Below, piece by piece: positions 10,075 to 20,079 of a DNA stretch of 64,000 nt. The stretch comes from Gammaproteobacteria bacterium. Its GTDB lineage: Bacteria; Pseudomonadota; Gammaproteobacteria; G965277405. Each line of letters starts with the position of its first letter. The stretch's first letter is position 1. Under the pieces are notes generated by a model. The model had not been told where the DNA came from. It searched no databases and saw nothing but the letters and a program-made list of their open reading frames with translations. The stretch is taken from NCBI GenBank assembly GCA_965277405.1, contig OZ255726.1, positions 640,001 through 704,000 of the forward strand. The letters are read 5' to 3'. The position numbers were made by a program, and so were the translations under genes.

Positions 10075-12226
10075 GCAACCGCTGCATAAAGACCCATTGT
10101 GGCAGCAGCTGCGTAGGCATCTGGTATACCTGCCAAAACGTCAAATTAGCCAAGTTCTTCAAGCATTCATGGTTGCCAAAACAGCCCATGAGGATCAAGA
10201 CCGCAGAAGCGGCGAGCCGTATATTTCACACCCTGTCAATGTGTGTGTTTTACTCGCGCAGCAAAAACTTGACGTTGCCTCGCTACAAGCTGGCTTATTG
10301 CATGATGTTATCGAAGATACCGCAGTCAGCAAACAAGATTTAACCGAAGAATTTTCACTGGACGTTGCAGAAATTGTTGATGGCGTCAGTAAATTAAAAT
10401 CTTTAAAAGACCTTCCCGCAGAGCAGCAGCAGGCCGAGAATTTTCAAAAAATGGCGTTCGCCATGTCACAGGATATTCGAGTTATTATTATCAAGCTAGC
10501 TGATCGACTGCACAATATGCGGACATTGCACCATTTACCTGAGCACAAACAGCGCAAAATTGCATTAGAGACACAAGCTATTTTTGCCCCAATTGCAGAT
10601 AGATTGTCGATGGAAAAAGTCAGAATTGAACTAGAAGATTTGAGCTTCAAAGTACTGTATCCACTGCGCTATCGGATGATCGAAAAAGCATTGCTCAAAG
10701 CGCGACGAACGCATAGCGACTATGTTGCAGAATTGATTAAGTTTTTTACCGAAACGTTAAAAAAATCAGGTTTTAAAGTACAGGTAGAAGGAAGGCGCAA
10801 ACACATTGCAGGTATTTATAAAAAAATGTCGCGAGGGCGTGCAGATAGCTTAGACCCGCTGCAAGAAAGCGACCAATTGCCCTCACGTACCTCATTTAAA
10901 GAAATGATGGATGTGCATGGCTTTCGCATTATTACTGACAGTGTCGATAATTGTTATCGCATCCTTGGACAAGTACATCAACGGTTTCGACCTTTTCCTG
11001 GTCGATTCAAAGACTACATTGCTGTGCCTAAATCGAATGGCTATCAATCGCTCCATACCTCGATTTTCGACCCAAGACGCTATCCTATTGAAGTGCAAAT
11101 ACGCACCCAAGAAATGCATGTTAATTCTCAGTTGGGCATTGCATCGCATTGGAGTTATAAATCACATCAAGCACACACTGCCAACCATGCAAGTTCATGG
11201 CTGAATAATTTAACAGGTTTACACGCTACATCAAACAGCCCCATTGAATTCATTAATTATGTAAAAACCGACCTGTACCCAAATGAAGTGTTAGTTTTTA
11301 GTCCTAATGGTCGTGTTTTTGCCTTGCCATCCGGTGCCACTGCCATCGATTTTGCCTATGCGGTGCACACAGATGTTGGCAACACCGCGATTAGTTGTGA
11401 GATTGACAAAATTCCAACCACACTATCTGCCAAACTTGTATCTGGTCAATGGGTGAAAATTATCACAAATCCAAATGCTAAGCCAAGTATTCATTGGCGC
11501 CGCTTTGCGGTGACTGCCAAAGCACTTTCAAGTATTGGCTATCATTTGCGCAGACTTGAACACAGCGATGCAAGCCGGCTTGGGCGCAGGTTATTGAACG
11601 ACGCGCTGGCGCGGTATGACGTTCATTTCGACAGTCTTGATGATAGAGATCTGCAAAAATTCTTAACGCTACGTGGTTTCACCTCTCCTGAACATTTATT
11701 AGAATCGATTGGCAAAGGAAAAGCGTATCCTGCTGGAGTAGCTTCTAGTTTGGCAACAATGTCAGACCACGATGAAAATACGCCCATCGCCCCGGTGAGT
11801 ATCGGTGAAGATGATACGTCACTTATTCAAATCCAATCTTGTTGTTATCCTATCAAAGGTGACGAAATAACAGCGGTGTTTACCGGCGGTCAAGGGCTAG
11901 TAATCCACCGTAGAAAATGCAAATTATTGCGTAAATCACTCAACAAGCCAGACACATATAGCCCTGCAGTCTGGTCGCACCGTTATAATACTGCAAATAC
12001 TGTGCAGGTGCGCGTTGATATTCCCAACCATAAGAACTTAATTGCTCATATTGTCAACACAGTCACAGCGACCAACTCCAGCATCCTGAAAATTGAAACC
12101 AATAAACAAGATCTGCACGTTCACTCGGTAATACTCGATTTGCAAATAGCCGACCGTGTCCACCTTGCTAAAGTCATCCGCAAACTCTACCGAACACAAA
12201 GTGTTATCGCCGTCCGTCGTCTGTGA
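10046..12226 (+). CDS. spoT: Bifunctional (p)ppGpp synthetase/hydrolase
   Basis: Intact HD motif (LLHDVIED), KLADRLHNMRTL, KDYIAVPKSNGYQSLHT; TGS and ACT regions. Confidence 0.93.
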   Translation: MKLRFPSNTKQPLHKDPLWQQLRRHLVYLPKRQISQVLQAFMVAKTAHEDQDRRSGEPYISHPVNVCVLLAQQKLDVASLQAGLLHDVIEDTAVSKQDLTEEFSLDVAEIVDGVSKLKSLKDLPAEQQQAENFQKMAFAMSQDIRVIIIKLADRLHNMRTLHHLPEHKQRKIALETQAIFAPIADRLSMEKVRIELEDLSFKVLYPLRYRMIEKALLKARRTHSDYVAELIKFFTETLKKSGFKVQVEGRRKHIAGIYKKMSRGRADSLDPLQESDQLPSRTSFKEMMDVHGFRIITDSVDNCYRILGQVHQRFRPFPGRFKDYIAVPKSNGYQSLHTSIFDPRRYPIEVQIRTQEMHVNSQLGIASHWSYKSHQAHTANHASSWLNNLTGLHATSNSPIEFINYVKTDLYPNEVLVFSPNGRVFALPSGATAIDFAYAVHTDVGNTAISCEIDKIPTTLSAKLVSGQWVKIITNPNAKPSIHWRRFAVTAKALSSIGYHLRRLEHSDASRLGRRLLNDALARYDVHFDSLDDRDLQKFLTLRGFTSPEHLLESIGKGKAYPAGVASSLATMSDHDENTPIAPVSIGEDDTSLIQIQSCCYPIKGDEITAVFTGGQGLVIHRRKCKLLRKSLNKPDTYSPAVWSHRYNTANTVQVRVDIPNHKNLIAHIVNTVTATNSSILKIETNKQDLHVHSVILDLQIADRVHLAKVIRKLYRTQSVIAVRRL

Positions 12227-13491
12227 TGCAGCTGCAACATACGCTACAACTGATTTGTACTTGTTGTGTATTTGCCAGTGTCACGGTGTATGCGACCGAT
12301 CACAGTATGGCTAGTTCACTTGTTATCGATCGCAGCATTGCCCCACTATTGACTAATGGCTACGTAGCCTTGTGGAATAGTGACGGCTCGACGCGGTATC
12401 AATACGGCAGTCTCAGCGTATTCACCCCTGCCTCAATAACAAAAATAGTAACAGCATGGGCGGCTATTCAAACGCTCGGACTGGATGCGGTCTTCAACAG
12501 TGACGTATATAGGCGCGGCAATACGCTTATTGTCAAAGGATTGGGAGACCCAATGTTATTATCTGAACACCTTGCCGTGCTGGCTAATGCACCGCAGTTG
12601 CGTCGTGCTAATTGTTGGGATGGCTTAGCAATTGATGACAGTTGGCAAGGAGATAGTCGTGTTGATGGCATTAGTATTTCGGCAAACCCATACGATAGCC
12701 AGCTTAACGCATTGACTGTTAATTTTAATAGTGGCTATCTTCGTAAGAATGCTGACGGCAGCATTGCTTCCGCCGAATCGCAAACACCACTCACCAACAT
12801 TGCCAAACGTTTTGGTGAACGGTTTTTTTCCACCCACCCACAGCAACACACGGTACGACTAAATATTGGTATTGATCAAATAAGCATCCGCAACAATACG
12901 CACCAACTATTGCTACGCTTCTTCCACAACGCTGGGGCTTGCTTCACCAATAACAGACTACAAATCGCCACAGTAACTCGCAACGATGTATTCCTCTATC
13001 AATTCAAAAACCCAGCAACGCTGCGGACTATACTGACTGCAATGCTGCAATTTTCTAATAACACAATTGCCAATCAGCTGGCTATACACATCGGCGCTCA
13101 ACTCCATCCAAACAACCAATCACATACACTGGCAACAGGAATCCAGCGCATATCCGCAATGCTTGCGCAACACCATATAGGTCAAATGACGTTGATTGAA
13201 GCATCAGGAATATCGCGGAACAACCGCATGGATATTCAATTTCTAAAATCATTATTGTTTGCCTTCCGACCGTGGCATACCATGCTCCCTGCAGCAAAAA
13301 ACAAAGGTATTACTGGCGTTAATGCTAAATCAGGCACATTGACAAGTGTCTACCACTATGCAGGATACATCCAAAAGCAACAACAATCACTGCCTTTTGT
13401 CATCATCAGCGAGCAACCAACAAACAACCGCGACGAAATTTTGTCTATACTCACCACGGCTGCTTTCGACAATACGGACAAAAGCAATTGA
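12223..13491 (+). CDS. dacB: D-alanyl-D-alanine carboxypeptidase/endopeptidase (PBP4, peptidase S13)
   Basis: SxxK (PASITK), KGLGDP, SxN (FSNN), SGISRNN and KSGTL motifs; signal peptide. Confidence 0.85.
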   Translation: MMQLQHTLQLICTCCVFASVTVYATDHSMASSLVIDRSIAPLLTNGYVALWNSDGSTRYQYGSLSVFTPASITKIVTAWAAIQTLGLDAVFNSDVYRRGNTLIVKGLGDPMLLSEHLAVLANAPQLRRANCWDGLAIDDSWQGDSRVDGISISANPYDSQLNALTVNFNSGYLRKNADGSIASAESQTPLTNIAKRFGERFFSTHPQQHTVRLNIGIDQISIRNNTHQLLLRFFHNAGACFTNNRLQIATVTRNDVFLYQFKNPATLRTILTAMLQFSNNTIANQLAIHIGAQLHPNNQSHTLATGIQRISAMLAQHHIGQMTLIEASGISRNNRMDIQFLKSLLFAFRPWHTMLPAAKNKGITGVNAKSGTLTSVYHYAGYIQKQQQSLPFVIISEQPTNNRDEILSILTTAAFDNTDKSN

Positions 13492-13522
13492 TTTGCAATA
13501 TTTTGTTGCTTAATACAAAATT

Positions 13523-13612
13523 GGAGAGATGCCTGAGTGGTTGAAAGGGCTCGCCTGGAAAGCGTGTAAGGGGGTAACTCCTTCGAGGGTTCGAATCCCT
13601 CTCTCTCCGCCA
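13523..13612 (+). tRNA. tRNA-Ser(GGA)
   Basis: Cloverleaf with long variable arm, anticodon loop CTGGAAA, TTCGAATC, encoded CCA. Confidence 0.96.
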
Positions 13613-13694
13613 TTGCTGTGTGTAAAATGCTATATATAATCAAGGTTATTTGAATAAATGATGGCAATATTCTTTATTTGTGTACCACATTTTG

Positions 13695-14160
13695 TAGCAA
13701 CGTAATCCGCTGACACATATTGCCATTGCTAAGTTTTAACCCTTGACGTTCAATGGAATGCTGCTATCAAGGAAGGCTTTCCAAGATTATCTGTTTACCT
13801 TTTTCGCAAGCGGACACCCATTGCCGTGTCAGCTGCCTGCAAGAGTAAAATTACAAAACTTTAAGAAAACTAAACCGCGAGCAACTGCATGGCTCAAGCT
13901 TCGTCCGCTAAGTTGTACCATGTTGGTAATAACAGTATTTTAAACATACTGATATTGTCTCAAGGCACAATGCGCAGGTGTTGGCGCAGATCTTGCAATG
14001 TATGATGTCTGCCAAACAATCGAGTTCACTAGCGGGAATTTCCACCAAAGCATCACTAAAACTCAGATTTTGATCTGTTGATACCCCGCAGACGCTGATT
14101 TTCTGAGTAATGAGGGATACAGATATTTTCTATGCAAATATATGTTAATGCAATGACCTT
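13695..14160 (-). mobile_element. Truncated second copy of the 4197-5395 IS (left end plus transposase 5' relic)
   Basis: Reverse complement aligns by eye to about 4197-4680; end AAGGTCATTGCATTAAC. Confidence 0.8.
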
Positions 14161-14243
14161 ATATGTTGCAGTATGTGTGCTAACGTGTCGCGTTGGCGAT
14201 TGAATGCGCGATTTATTCATCAATTCACGGGTGATTGCAGCAT

Positions 14244-15389
14244 ATGAGTCAAATTGCAAAAGTATTTGTTGGCGCTGATATCCACGATGGCACTGAACTC
14301 TACAACGATTCAGCTCTGCTGTGTTTTACCAACAATAGCGCTGAGATTGTTAAAGTTGCCAGCCTTGCTGCCAACATCCCAATACATATGCTGGCAGGCG
14401 GTATTATAATGCCAGGTTTTGTTGACCTGCAAGTAAACGGTGGTGGTGGGGTAATGTTTAACGAGCACCCATCTGTGGCAACATTGCGCTGCATGGCTAA
14501 TGCGCATGCCAACTGCGGCACTATGGCGCTGCTACCGACGTTGATTACTGACAGCCGTGCACGAACTATTGCGGCAATAAATGCTGTTGCGCAGGCGATA
14601 GCGGAGAAAGTGCCCACCATTATTGGCCTGCATCTTGAAGGTCCACATCTATCATCGGTGCGTAAGGGAGCGCATACGGAGGAATTGATTCGACCGATGT
14701 TAGCAGCAGATATGCAGGTGTTGCTAGATGCAGCCGCTCGGCTAGCAAATGTTATGCTGACTGTTGCGCCAGAGTCGACAACCAATACGCAAATTACCAC
14801 ACTTGCTGATGCTGGCGTCATTGTGTCTCTTGGACATACCGATGCAAGTTACGATTGTTGTATGGCCGCATTTGATGCGGGTGCAACGTGTGTGACGCAT
14901 TTGTTTAATGCGATGAGCCAGCTTGGCAACCGCCAGCCAGGTTTGGTTGGCGCTGCGCTGGCACATGGTGAGGTGTATGCGGGCATCATTGCTGATGGAA
15001 TCCATGTGCACCCAGCAACGATGCGGGTAGCGTTTGCTGCAAAACCTGATGGTGGGCGTATATTCTTAGTGACTGATGCAATGGCAACGGCGGGGTCTGC
15101 AATAAATACATTCATGTTGAATAACCGTGAAGTTGTGCGCCGAGACGGGCGCCTTGAACTGCTAGACGGCACATTGGCAGGAGCTGACATCAATATGGTG
15201 AGAGGAATATCGGTGTTGGTCAATCAAGTTGGGCTGTCTGTTAACCGCGCCATTAACAGCGCAACATCGTTACCTGCACAGCTGCTTTGCCACGACTTTG
15301 GATTTGGTAGATTTACTCAGTGTGCAGATGGGCTTATCTATCTTGACGAGGGAATGACCAAGGCGACGAGATTGGATGAGATGATATAG
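14244..15389 (+). CDS. nagA: N-acetylglucosamine-6-phosphate deacetylase
   Basis: PGFVDLQVNGGGG, GLHLEGP, SLGHT, THLFNAM, IADGIHV, LVTDAM and GTLAG motifs. Confidence 0.93.
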   Translation: MSQIAKVFVGADIHDGTELYNDSALLCFTNNSAEIVKVASLAANIPIHMLAGGIIMPGFVDLQVNGGGGVMFNEHPSVATLRCMANAHANCGTMALLPTLITDSRARTIAAINAVAQAIAEKVPTIIGLHLEGPHLSSVRKGAHTEELIRPMLAADMQVLLDAAARLANVMLTVAPESTTNTQITTLADAGVIVSLGHTDASYDCCMAAFDAGATCVTHLFNAMSQLGNRQPGLVGAALAHGEVYAGIIADGIHVHPATMRVAFAAKPDGGRIFLVTDAMATAGSAINTFMLNNREVVRRDGRLELLDGTLAGADINMVRGISVLVNQVGLSVNRAINSATSLPAQLLCHDFGFGRFTQCADGLIYLDEGMTKATRLDEMI

Positions 15390-15494
15390 GATTGGTTGGT
15401 GCAGCCTTGAGTAAGCTAGCGGCTCTGATGAAGCGAATGTAGCCAGCGCAACAGTAGGCTATTGCTGGTTAGCAATCGCAACGCCATCGTTGTA

Positions 15495-15565
15495 AAATAT
15501 ATTTGACGACAGCAAATATATTTGCTAGCATTAACAAAGCATGCGTTGAACATGAAAATATTCAT
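15495..15565 (+). promoter_or_regulatory. Candidate sigma70 promoter with overlapping palindromic operators for the inositol cluster
   Basis: TTGACG(15503)-N17-TAGCAT(15526); palindromes AAATATATTT (15495-15504), AGCAAATATATTTGCT (15511-15526) and near-palindrome ATGAAAATATTCAT (15552-15565). Confidence 0.55.
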
Positions 15566-15581
15566 TAAAACTAAACATTAA

Positions 15582-17042
15582 ATGCAAAAACCAGAATTTG
15601 ATCCTTACAACAATAGAGGCTTGTTTTATAACGGAACGTGGCAGCCTGCCAACGGATCTGGTAATTTGCCAGTGTACAACCCTTGTAATGAAGAAATTGT
15701 AGGGCGAATACAACCAGCGAATGCAGACGATACCCGCAAGGCAATATCATCCGCAGCGAATGCGTTAGCAAAATGGCGCGCAGTAGTACCTTGGGAGCGC
15801 GCAATGTTGTTGCACAAGGTTGCCGCAGTCATGAGACAGCACACACAAGACGCAGCGTATTTTCTTGCAACAGAGCTTGGTAAGCCAGTTGCTCAAGGTG
15901 AGCGTGAATGGGGCATGGCTATCGACCAATTTGAGTGGTACGGAGATGAAGCGCGAAGATTACATGGCGATATAATTGCCAGCCGTTTACCAGATGCGCA
16001 TTATGAAGTAACAATTGAGCCAGTTGGTGTTGTCGCGGCATTTACTGCATGGAATTTTCCGCCTTTATTAGCAAGTCGTAAAATTGCCCCGGCACTTGCC
16101 GCAGGGTGTTCGATTGTATTAAGACCTTCTGTTGAGGCTCCTGCTGCGGTATTGCTGTTAGTAGATTGCTGTCGTCATGCTGGCATTCCTGCTGGTGTGG
16201 TGAATGTTGTGGTCGGCCCTATTGATGCTACATATCAGCCATTAGTTGCCGACAAACGCGTTAAGAAAATTAGCTTAACTGGTTCAACAGCCGTTGGTAA
16301 GCAAATGATTCGTGATTGCGCTGATACTGTAAAAAAAATGAGTATGGAGCTTGGCGGTAATGCGCCAACCATCATATTTGACGACGTTGATATTCCGTCT
16401 GTTGTCGCCCAAGCTGTGGCCTCGAAGCATGCCAATGCGGGCCAAGTGTGCGCAGCTCCAGATCGGTTTTTTGTGCACGCGGCAATTTACAAAAAATTTG
16501 TTGCTGAATATGTCAAACAGGTTAAAAAAATTGTCGTGGGGGATAGCTTTGACGCAGCGACGAATATGGGTCCATTGGTGAATCAAAAGCGTGTTATTGC
16601 TGTTGATAAGGTCGTTCGTGACAGCATTGAAAAAGGTGCACAGCTACTTATTGGCGGCAAGCAACTTGATACAAAAGGTTTTTTTTATGCCCCGACGGTG
16701 CTGGCAGATGTTACGGATGACATGCTGTGTAGCTGTGAAGAAAACTTTGGTCCAATTACAGCATTTACTAGCTTTGATAATGAAGAGGAAGTTGTGCAGA
16801 GGGCGAATGCTGCGGAGCTTGGTTTAGCTGCATATGTCTTTAGCAAGCATCATAATAGACTGCGGAGGGTGGTGAGCCAGATACAAACGGGAATGGTCGC
16901 GGCAAATACATTCGCATTGGCCAGCGCGCAGATGCCATTTGGCGGAATAAAGCAAAGCGGCTATGGCCGCGAAGGCGGGTCAAATTCTATGCGTGATTAT
17001 TGTAATATTAAAGTAGCTCATTTTTTTACAGGTGGTGAGTAA
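15582..17042 (+). CDS. NAD(P)-dependent aldehyde dehydrogenase, succinate-semialdehyde dehydrogenase-like
   Basis: AWNFP, LTGSTAVG, SMELGGNAP, NAGQVC, EENFGP and PFGGIKQSGYGREG motifs (GabD-type, not IolA/MmsA-type). Confidence 0.88.
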   Translation: MQKPEFDPYNNRGLFYNGTWQPANGSGNLPVYNPCNEEIVGRIQPANADDTRKAISSAANALAKWRAVVPWERAMLLHKVAAVMRQHTQDAAYFLATELGKPVAQGEREWGMAIDQFEWYGDEARRLHGDIIASRLPDAHYEVTIEPVGVVAAFTAWNFPPLLASRKIAPALAAGCSIVLRPSVEAPAAVLLLVDCCRHAGIPAGVVNVVVGPIDATYQPLVADKRVKKISLTGSTAVGKQMIRDCADTVKKMSMELGGNAPTIIFDDVDIPSVVAQAVASKHANAGQVCAAPDRFFVHAAIYKKFVAEYVKQVKKIVVGDSFDAATNMGPLVNQKRVIAVDKVVRDSIEKGAQLLIGGKQLDTKGFFYAPTVLADVTDDMLCSCEENFGPITAFTSFDNEEEVVQRANAAELGLAAYVFSKHHNRLRRVVSQIQTGMVAANTFALASAQMPFGGIKQSGYGREGGSNSMRDYCNIKVAHFFTGGE

Positions 17043-17788
17043 TGAGTAATATTTGGCAGAAAGACAAAGTACTACTGAATGGTTGGCTATCAATAGCTAA
17101 TAGTTTTAGTGCCGAAATTATGGCTAAGCAAGGTTGGGATTGCGTTTGTATTGATGCCCAACATGGCATGCTGGATTTTTCTGATGCTTTTGGTATGTTG
17201 CAGGCAATCAAGACTACTGATGCAATTCCGTTGGTGCGGATACCGTGGTTGCGACCAGAACAGATATCAAAATATTTAGATGCTGGTTGTATGGGGCTGA
17301 TTTGCCCGATGATTAACAGCGTCGATGACGTTAAGAATTTTGTGAAGTGGAGCAGCTACCCAAAACAGGGTGAGCGCAGTTTTGGTCCTTCACGCGTGAT
17401 TTTTGAGAATCCTAATTATTTTCATGAGGCAAATGAGGCAATTACTCGTTTAGCGATGATAGAAACACAGCAGGCGGTGGAAAACCTCGAACAAATTTGT
17501 TGTGTGGAAGGTTTGGATGGACTGTATATTGGGCCTGCTGACTTGTCTTGTGCGTTTGGGTATGCGCCAGCTTTAGATAGGGAGGAAGATGAAATGATTG
17601 GCTTGATTAAAACAATCATTGCTACTGCTCATAAACAAGACAAAAAAGTTGGTATACACACGGCTTCTGCAGCATATGCAAAAAAGGCTATCGCATGGGG
17701 TGTTGACATGGTCACCATTTCAAACGATGTGCGACTGCTGGCATCTGCGGCACAAGATATTCTCAGTGAAATGAGGATAAGTAGTTAG
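17042..17788 (+). CDS. HpcH/HpaI-family class II pyruvate aldolase
   Basis: CIDAQHG, LVRIP, LDAGCMGLICPMI, MIET and YIGPADLS motifs. Confidence 0.88.
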   Translation: MSNIWQKDKVLLNGWLSIANSFSAEIMAKQGWDCVCIDAQHGMLDFSDAFGMLQAIKTTDAIPLVRIPWLRPEQISKYLDAGCMGLICPMINSVDDVKNFVKWSSYPKQGERSFGPSRVIFENPNYFHEANEAITRLAMIETQQAVENLEQICCVEGLDGLYIGPADLSCAFGYAPALDREEDEMIGLIKTIIATAHKQDKKVGIHTASAAYAKKAIAWGVDMVTISNDVRLLASAAQDILSEMRISS

Positions 17789-17861
17789 GGGGGATTCTAG
17801 ATAACACAATGATTGTTGAGTTCTTTAGAGTTCCTTATTTTATTATTATGAAGGAGAGAAA

Positions 17862-18797
17862 ATGAAAAAAATCTTACTGGTTATATTAACTATCTGTATG
17901 GCAGCACCGCTGCTGGCAGCCGATAGATATACATTTATATCGCATGCTCCAGACTCTGATTCTTGGTGGAACACTATTAAGAATTCATTGAAGGATGCTG
18001 AAAAAGCATTTACTGTGACTGTCGATTATCGTAATCCAGCTAATGGTGATTTAGCTGAAATGAGCCGCTTAATTGAGCAAGCAGTTGCGAGAAACAGTGA
18101 TGGTATTATCACTACTATTGCCGACTATGATGTATTGAAAGGACCAATCCAAAAAGCTGTGAATAAAGGAATTCCAGTAATCACGGTGAACTCAGGTACA
18201 CCTGAGCAAAGCAAATCCTTAGGTGCCATCATGCATATTGGTCAGCCAGAATATGCGGCCGGCTTTGGTGCTGGTGATAAAGCAAAAAGAGATGCTGGGG
18301 TGAAAACATTCCTGTGTGTCAACCACTATGCTACCAATCCAGTCTCGTGGGAACGTTGCCGTGGTTTTGCCAATGCCATTGGAATATCAGATGATGACTT
18401 TAGAAAATACGCTGTAGATAGTGGTACTGACCCAAGCACTATTACCGGTCGTGTTTCTGCGTATCTGCGCAAAAATCCAAAAACCGATGCGGTGTTGGCG
18501 CTTGGTCCTACTTCTGCGCATCCTCTGATCAGGTTATTGAAGAAAATGGGCTTGAGTGATAAAACATATTTTGCTACTTTTGATTTAAGTGGTGAAATTG
18601 CAGCTGCGATAAAGAGTGGTGAGATTGCATTTGGTATTGATCAACAACCATACATTCAAGGCTTTTTTGCTGTTGCTGTAATGAAAAAATTCAACCAGTA
18701 CGGCGTGTTACCAGGCAATAACATTAACTCAGGACCTGGGTTTGTTACCAAAGATAATATTGCTTTAGTTGAGAAATATGCAGGCGAGTATAGATAA
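17862..18797 (+). CDS. Sugar (probably inositol) ABC transporter substrate-binding protein
   Basis: Signal peptide; HAPDSDSWW, GIPVITVNSG and FGIDQQPY motifs; iol context. Confidence 0.88.
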   Translation: MKKILLVILTICMAAPLLAADRYTFISHAPDSDSWWNTIKNSLKDAEKAFTVTVDYRNPANGDLAEMSRLIEQAVARNSDGIITTIADYDVLKGPIQKAVNKGIPVITVNSGTPEQSKSLGAIMHIGQPEYAAGFGAGDKAKRDAGVKTFLCVNHYATNPVSWERCRGFANAIGISDDDFRKYAVDSGTDPSTITGRVSAYLRKNPKTDAVLALGPTSAHPLIRLLKKMGLSDKTYFATFDLSGEIAAAIKSGEIAFGIDQQPYIQGFFAVAVMKKFNQYGVLPGNNINSGPGFVTKDNIALVEKYAGEYR

Positions 18798-18811
18798 CAG
18801 GAGTATCTGAT

Positions 18812-18838
18812 AAATGGGGCCCTTAGGGCCCCATTTTT
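18812..18838 (+). terminator. Stem-loop/intrinsic terminator between the binding-protein and permease genes
   Basis: AAATGGGGCCC-TTA-GGGCCCCATTT followed by T run. Confidence 0.7.
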
Positions 18839-18979
18839 ATGGGGAATATCATCTCCATGGTGACGATTTGCATCGCTAGATGATTTCTCTGGCTAAATCC
18901 GTTGCGTTGCTAGGGTTCTTTTTATGGGTTTTGTGCAGGCAGCAATACTATTGGTTTACAACTTCAGGGGAGTGTATGT

Positions 18980-20071
18980 ATGGCTCATGATGAGCGAGTA
19001 AAGAAAATACCCATTATTAAAAGTTTATTACGCAGACCTGAATCGGCGTCAATTGTTGGTTTTATTTTTGTCACCTTCTTTTTTTTACTAACAGGCGATA
19101 TTGCCATGTTCAGTGTCGAAGGGATATTAAACTGGACCACCGTCGCTGCATACCTTGGCGTTCTTGCAGTAGGGGCATGTTTACTCATGATTGCTGGTGA
19201 ATTTGACCTATCTATTGGCTCAATGATTGGTTTTGCTGGCGTTGCTATTTCTATACCCACGGTGTATTGGGGGCTGCCTATCAGCGTAAGTTTGCTGTTG
19301 AGTCTACTGATATGCCTATTCTTTGGTTATTTGAATGGCTACCTAGTTGTACGCACGGGACTGCCATCTTTTATTATTACGCTGGCACTGTTATTTATAT
19401 TGCGCGGTTTAACGTTGGCGCTATCAATTTTATTTACCAACCAAACCATTGTCAGCGGTTTGGATGGCCCAGTGAGTGAGGATGCATTCGTATCATTTTT
19501 ATTCAAAGGGTATGCGTTTGAAGGTCTTTTTGCGTGGCTTGCTAGCGCAGGCGTGTTGGACACCTTCAAAGATGGCGTTACTCCGGTTGTTCAAGGTGTG
19601 CCAAAAGTCATTATTTGGTGTTTGATAATCACCGCAATTGGCACATTTGTATTGAACAAAACACGGCTTGGCAACTGGATTTTTGCATCTGGTGGCGATG
19701 CACATGCAGCGAGAAATGTTGGTGTCCCTGCTGATAATGTAAAAATTGTAATGTTTATGACAACTGCCTTTTGTGCTTGGTTATTTGCTGTGCTACAAGT
19801 GGTAGAAATAGGCTCTGCATCTGCAGATAGAGGGCTGCTCAAGGAGTTTGAAGCAATTATTGCAGTGGTGATCGGTGGAGCATTATTGACAGGAGGCTAC
19901 GGTTCAATAATTGGAGCATTTTTTGGTGCGATTATTTTTGGTATGGTGCAAATGGGCATCACATATACCGACATTACCTCTGACTGGTTCAGGGTATTCC
20001 TTGGCTTGGTGTTGTTAGCTGCTGTACTGTTTAATAATTATGTTAGACAGCAGGTTATGAAATCTCAGTAA
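18980..20071 (+). CDS. Sugar ABC transporter permease
   Basis: AGEFDLSIGS, GLPSFIITL, ASGGDAHAARNVGV and IAVVIGG motifs; multiple TM segments. Confidence 0.92.
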   Translation: MAHDERVKKIPIIKSLLRRPESASIVGFIFVTFFFLLTGDIAMFSVEGILNWTTVAAYLGVLAVGACLLMIAGEFDLSIGSMIGFAGVAISIPTVYWGLPISVSLLLSLLICLFFGYLNGYLVVRTGLPSFIITLALLFILRGLTLALSILFTNQTIVSGLDGPVSEDAFVSFLFKGYAFEGLFAWLASAGVLDTFKDGVTPVVQGVPKVIIWCLIITAIGTFVLNKTRLGNWIFASGGDAHAARNVGVPADNVKIVMFMTTAFCAWLFAVLQVVEIGSASADRGLLKEFEAIIAVVIGGALLTGGYGSIIGAFFGAIIFGMVQMGITYTDITSDWFRVFLGLVLLAAVLFNNYVRQQVMKSQ

Positions 20072-20079
20072 GGGGCAAT

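Noticed and set aside
13356-13667. 103-aa - strand ORF (and ORFs at 33166-33535)
   Set aside because: They overlap tRNA genes and are translation artefacts.
15582-17042. Calling the aldehyde dehydrogenase iolA/mmsA
   Set aside because: Its motifs (MELGGNAP, NAGQVC) are GabD-type rather than those of CoA-acylating methylmalonate-semialdehyde dehydrogenases.
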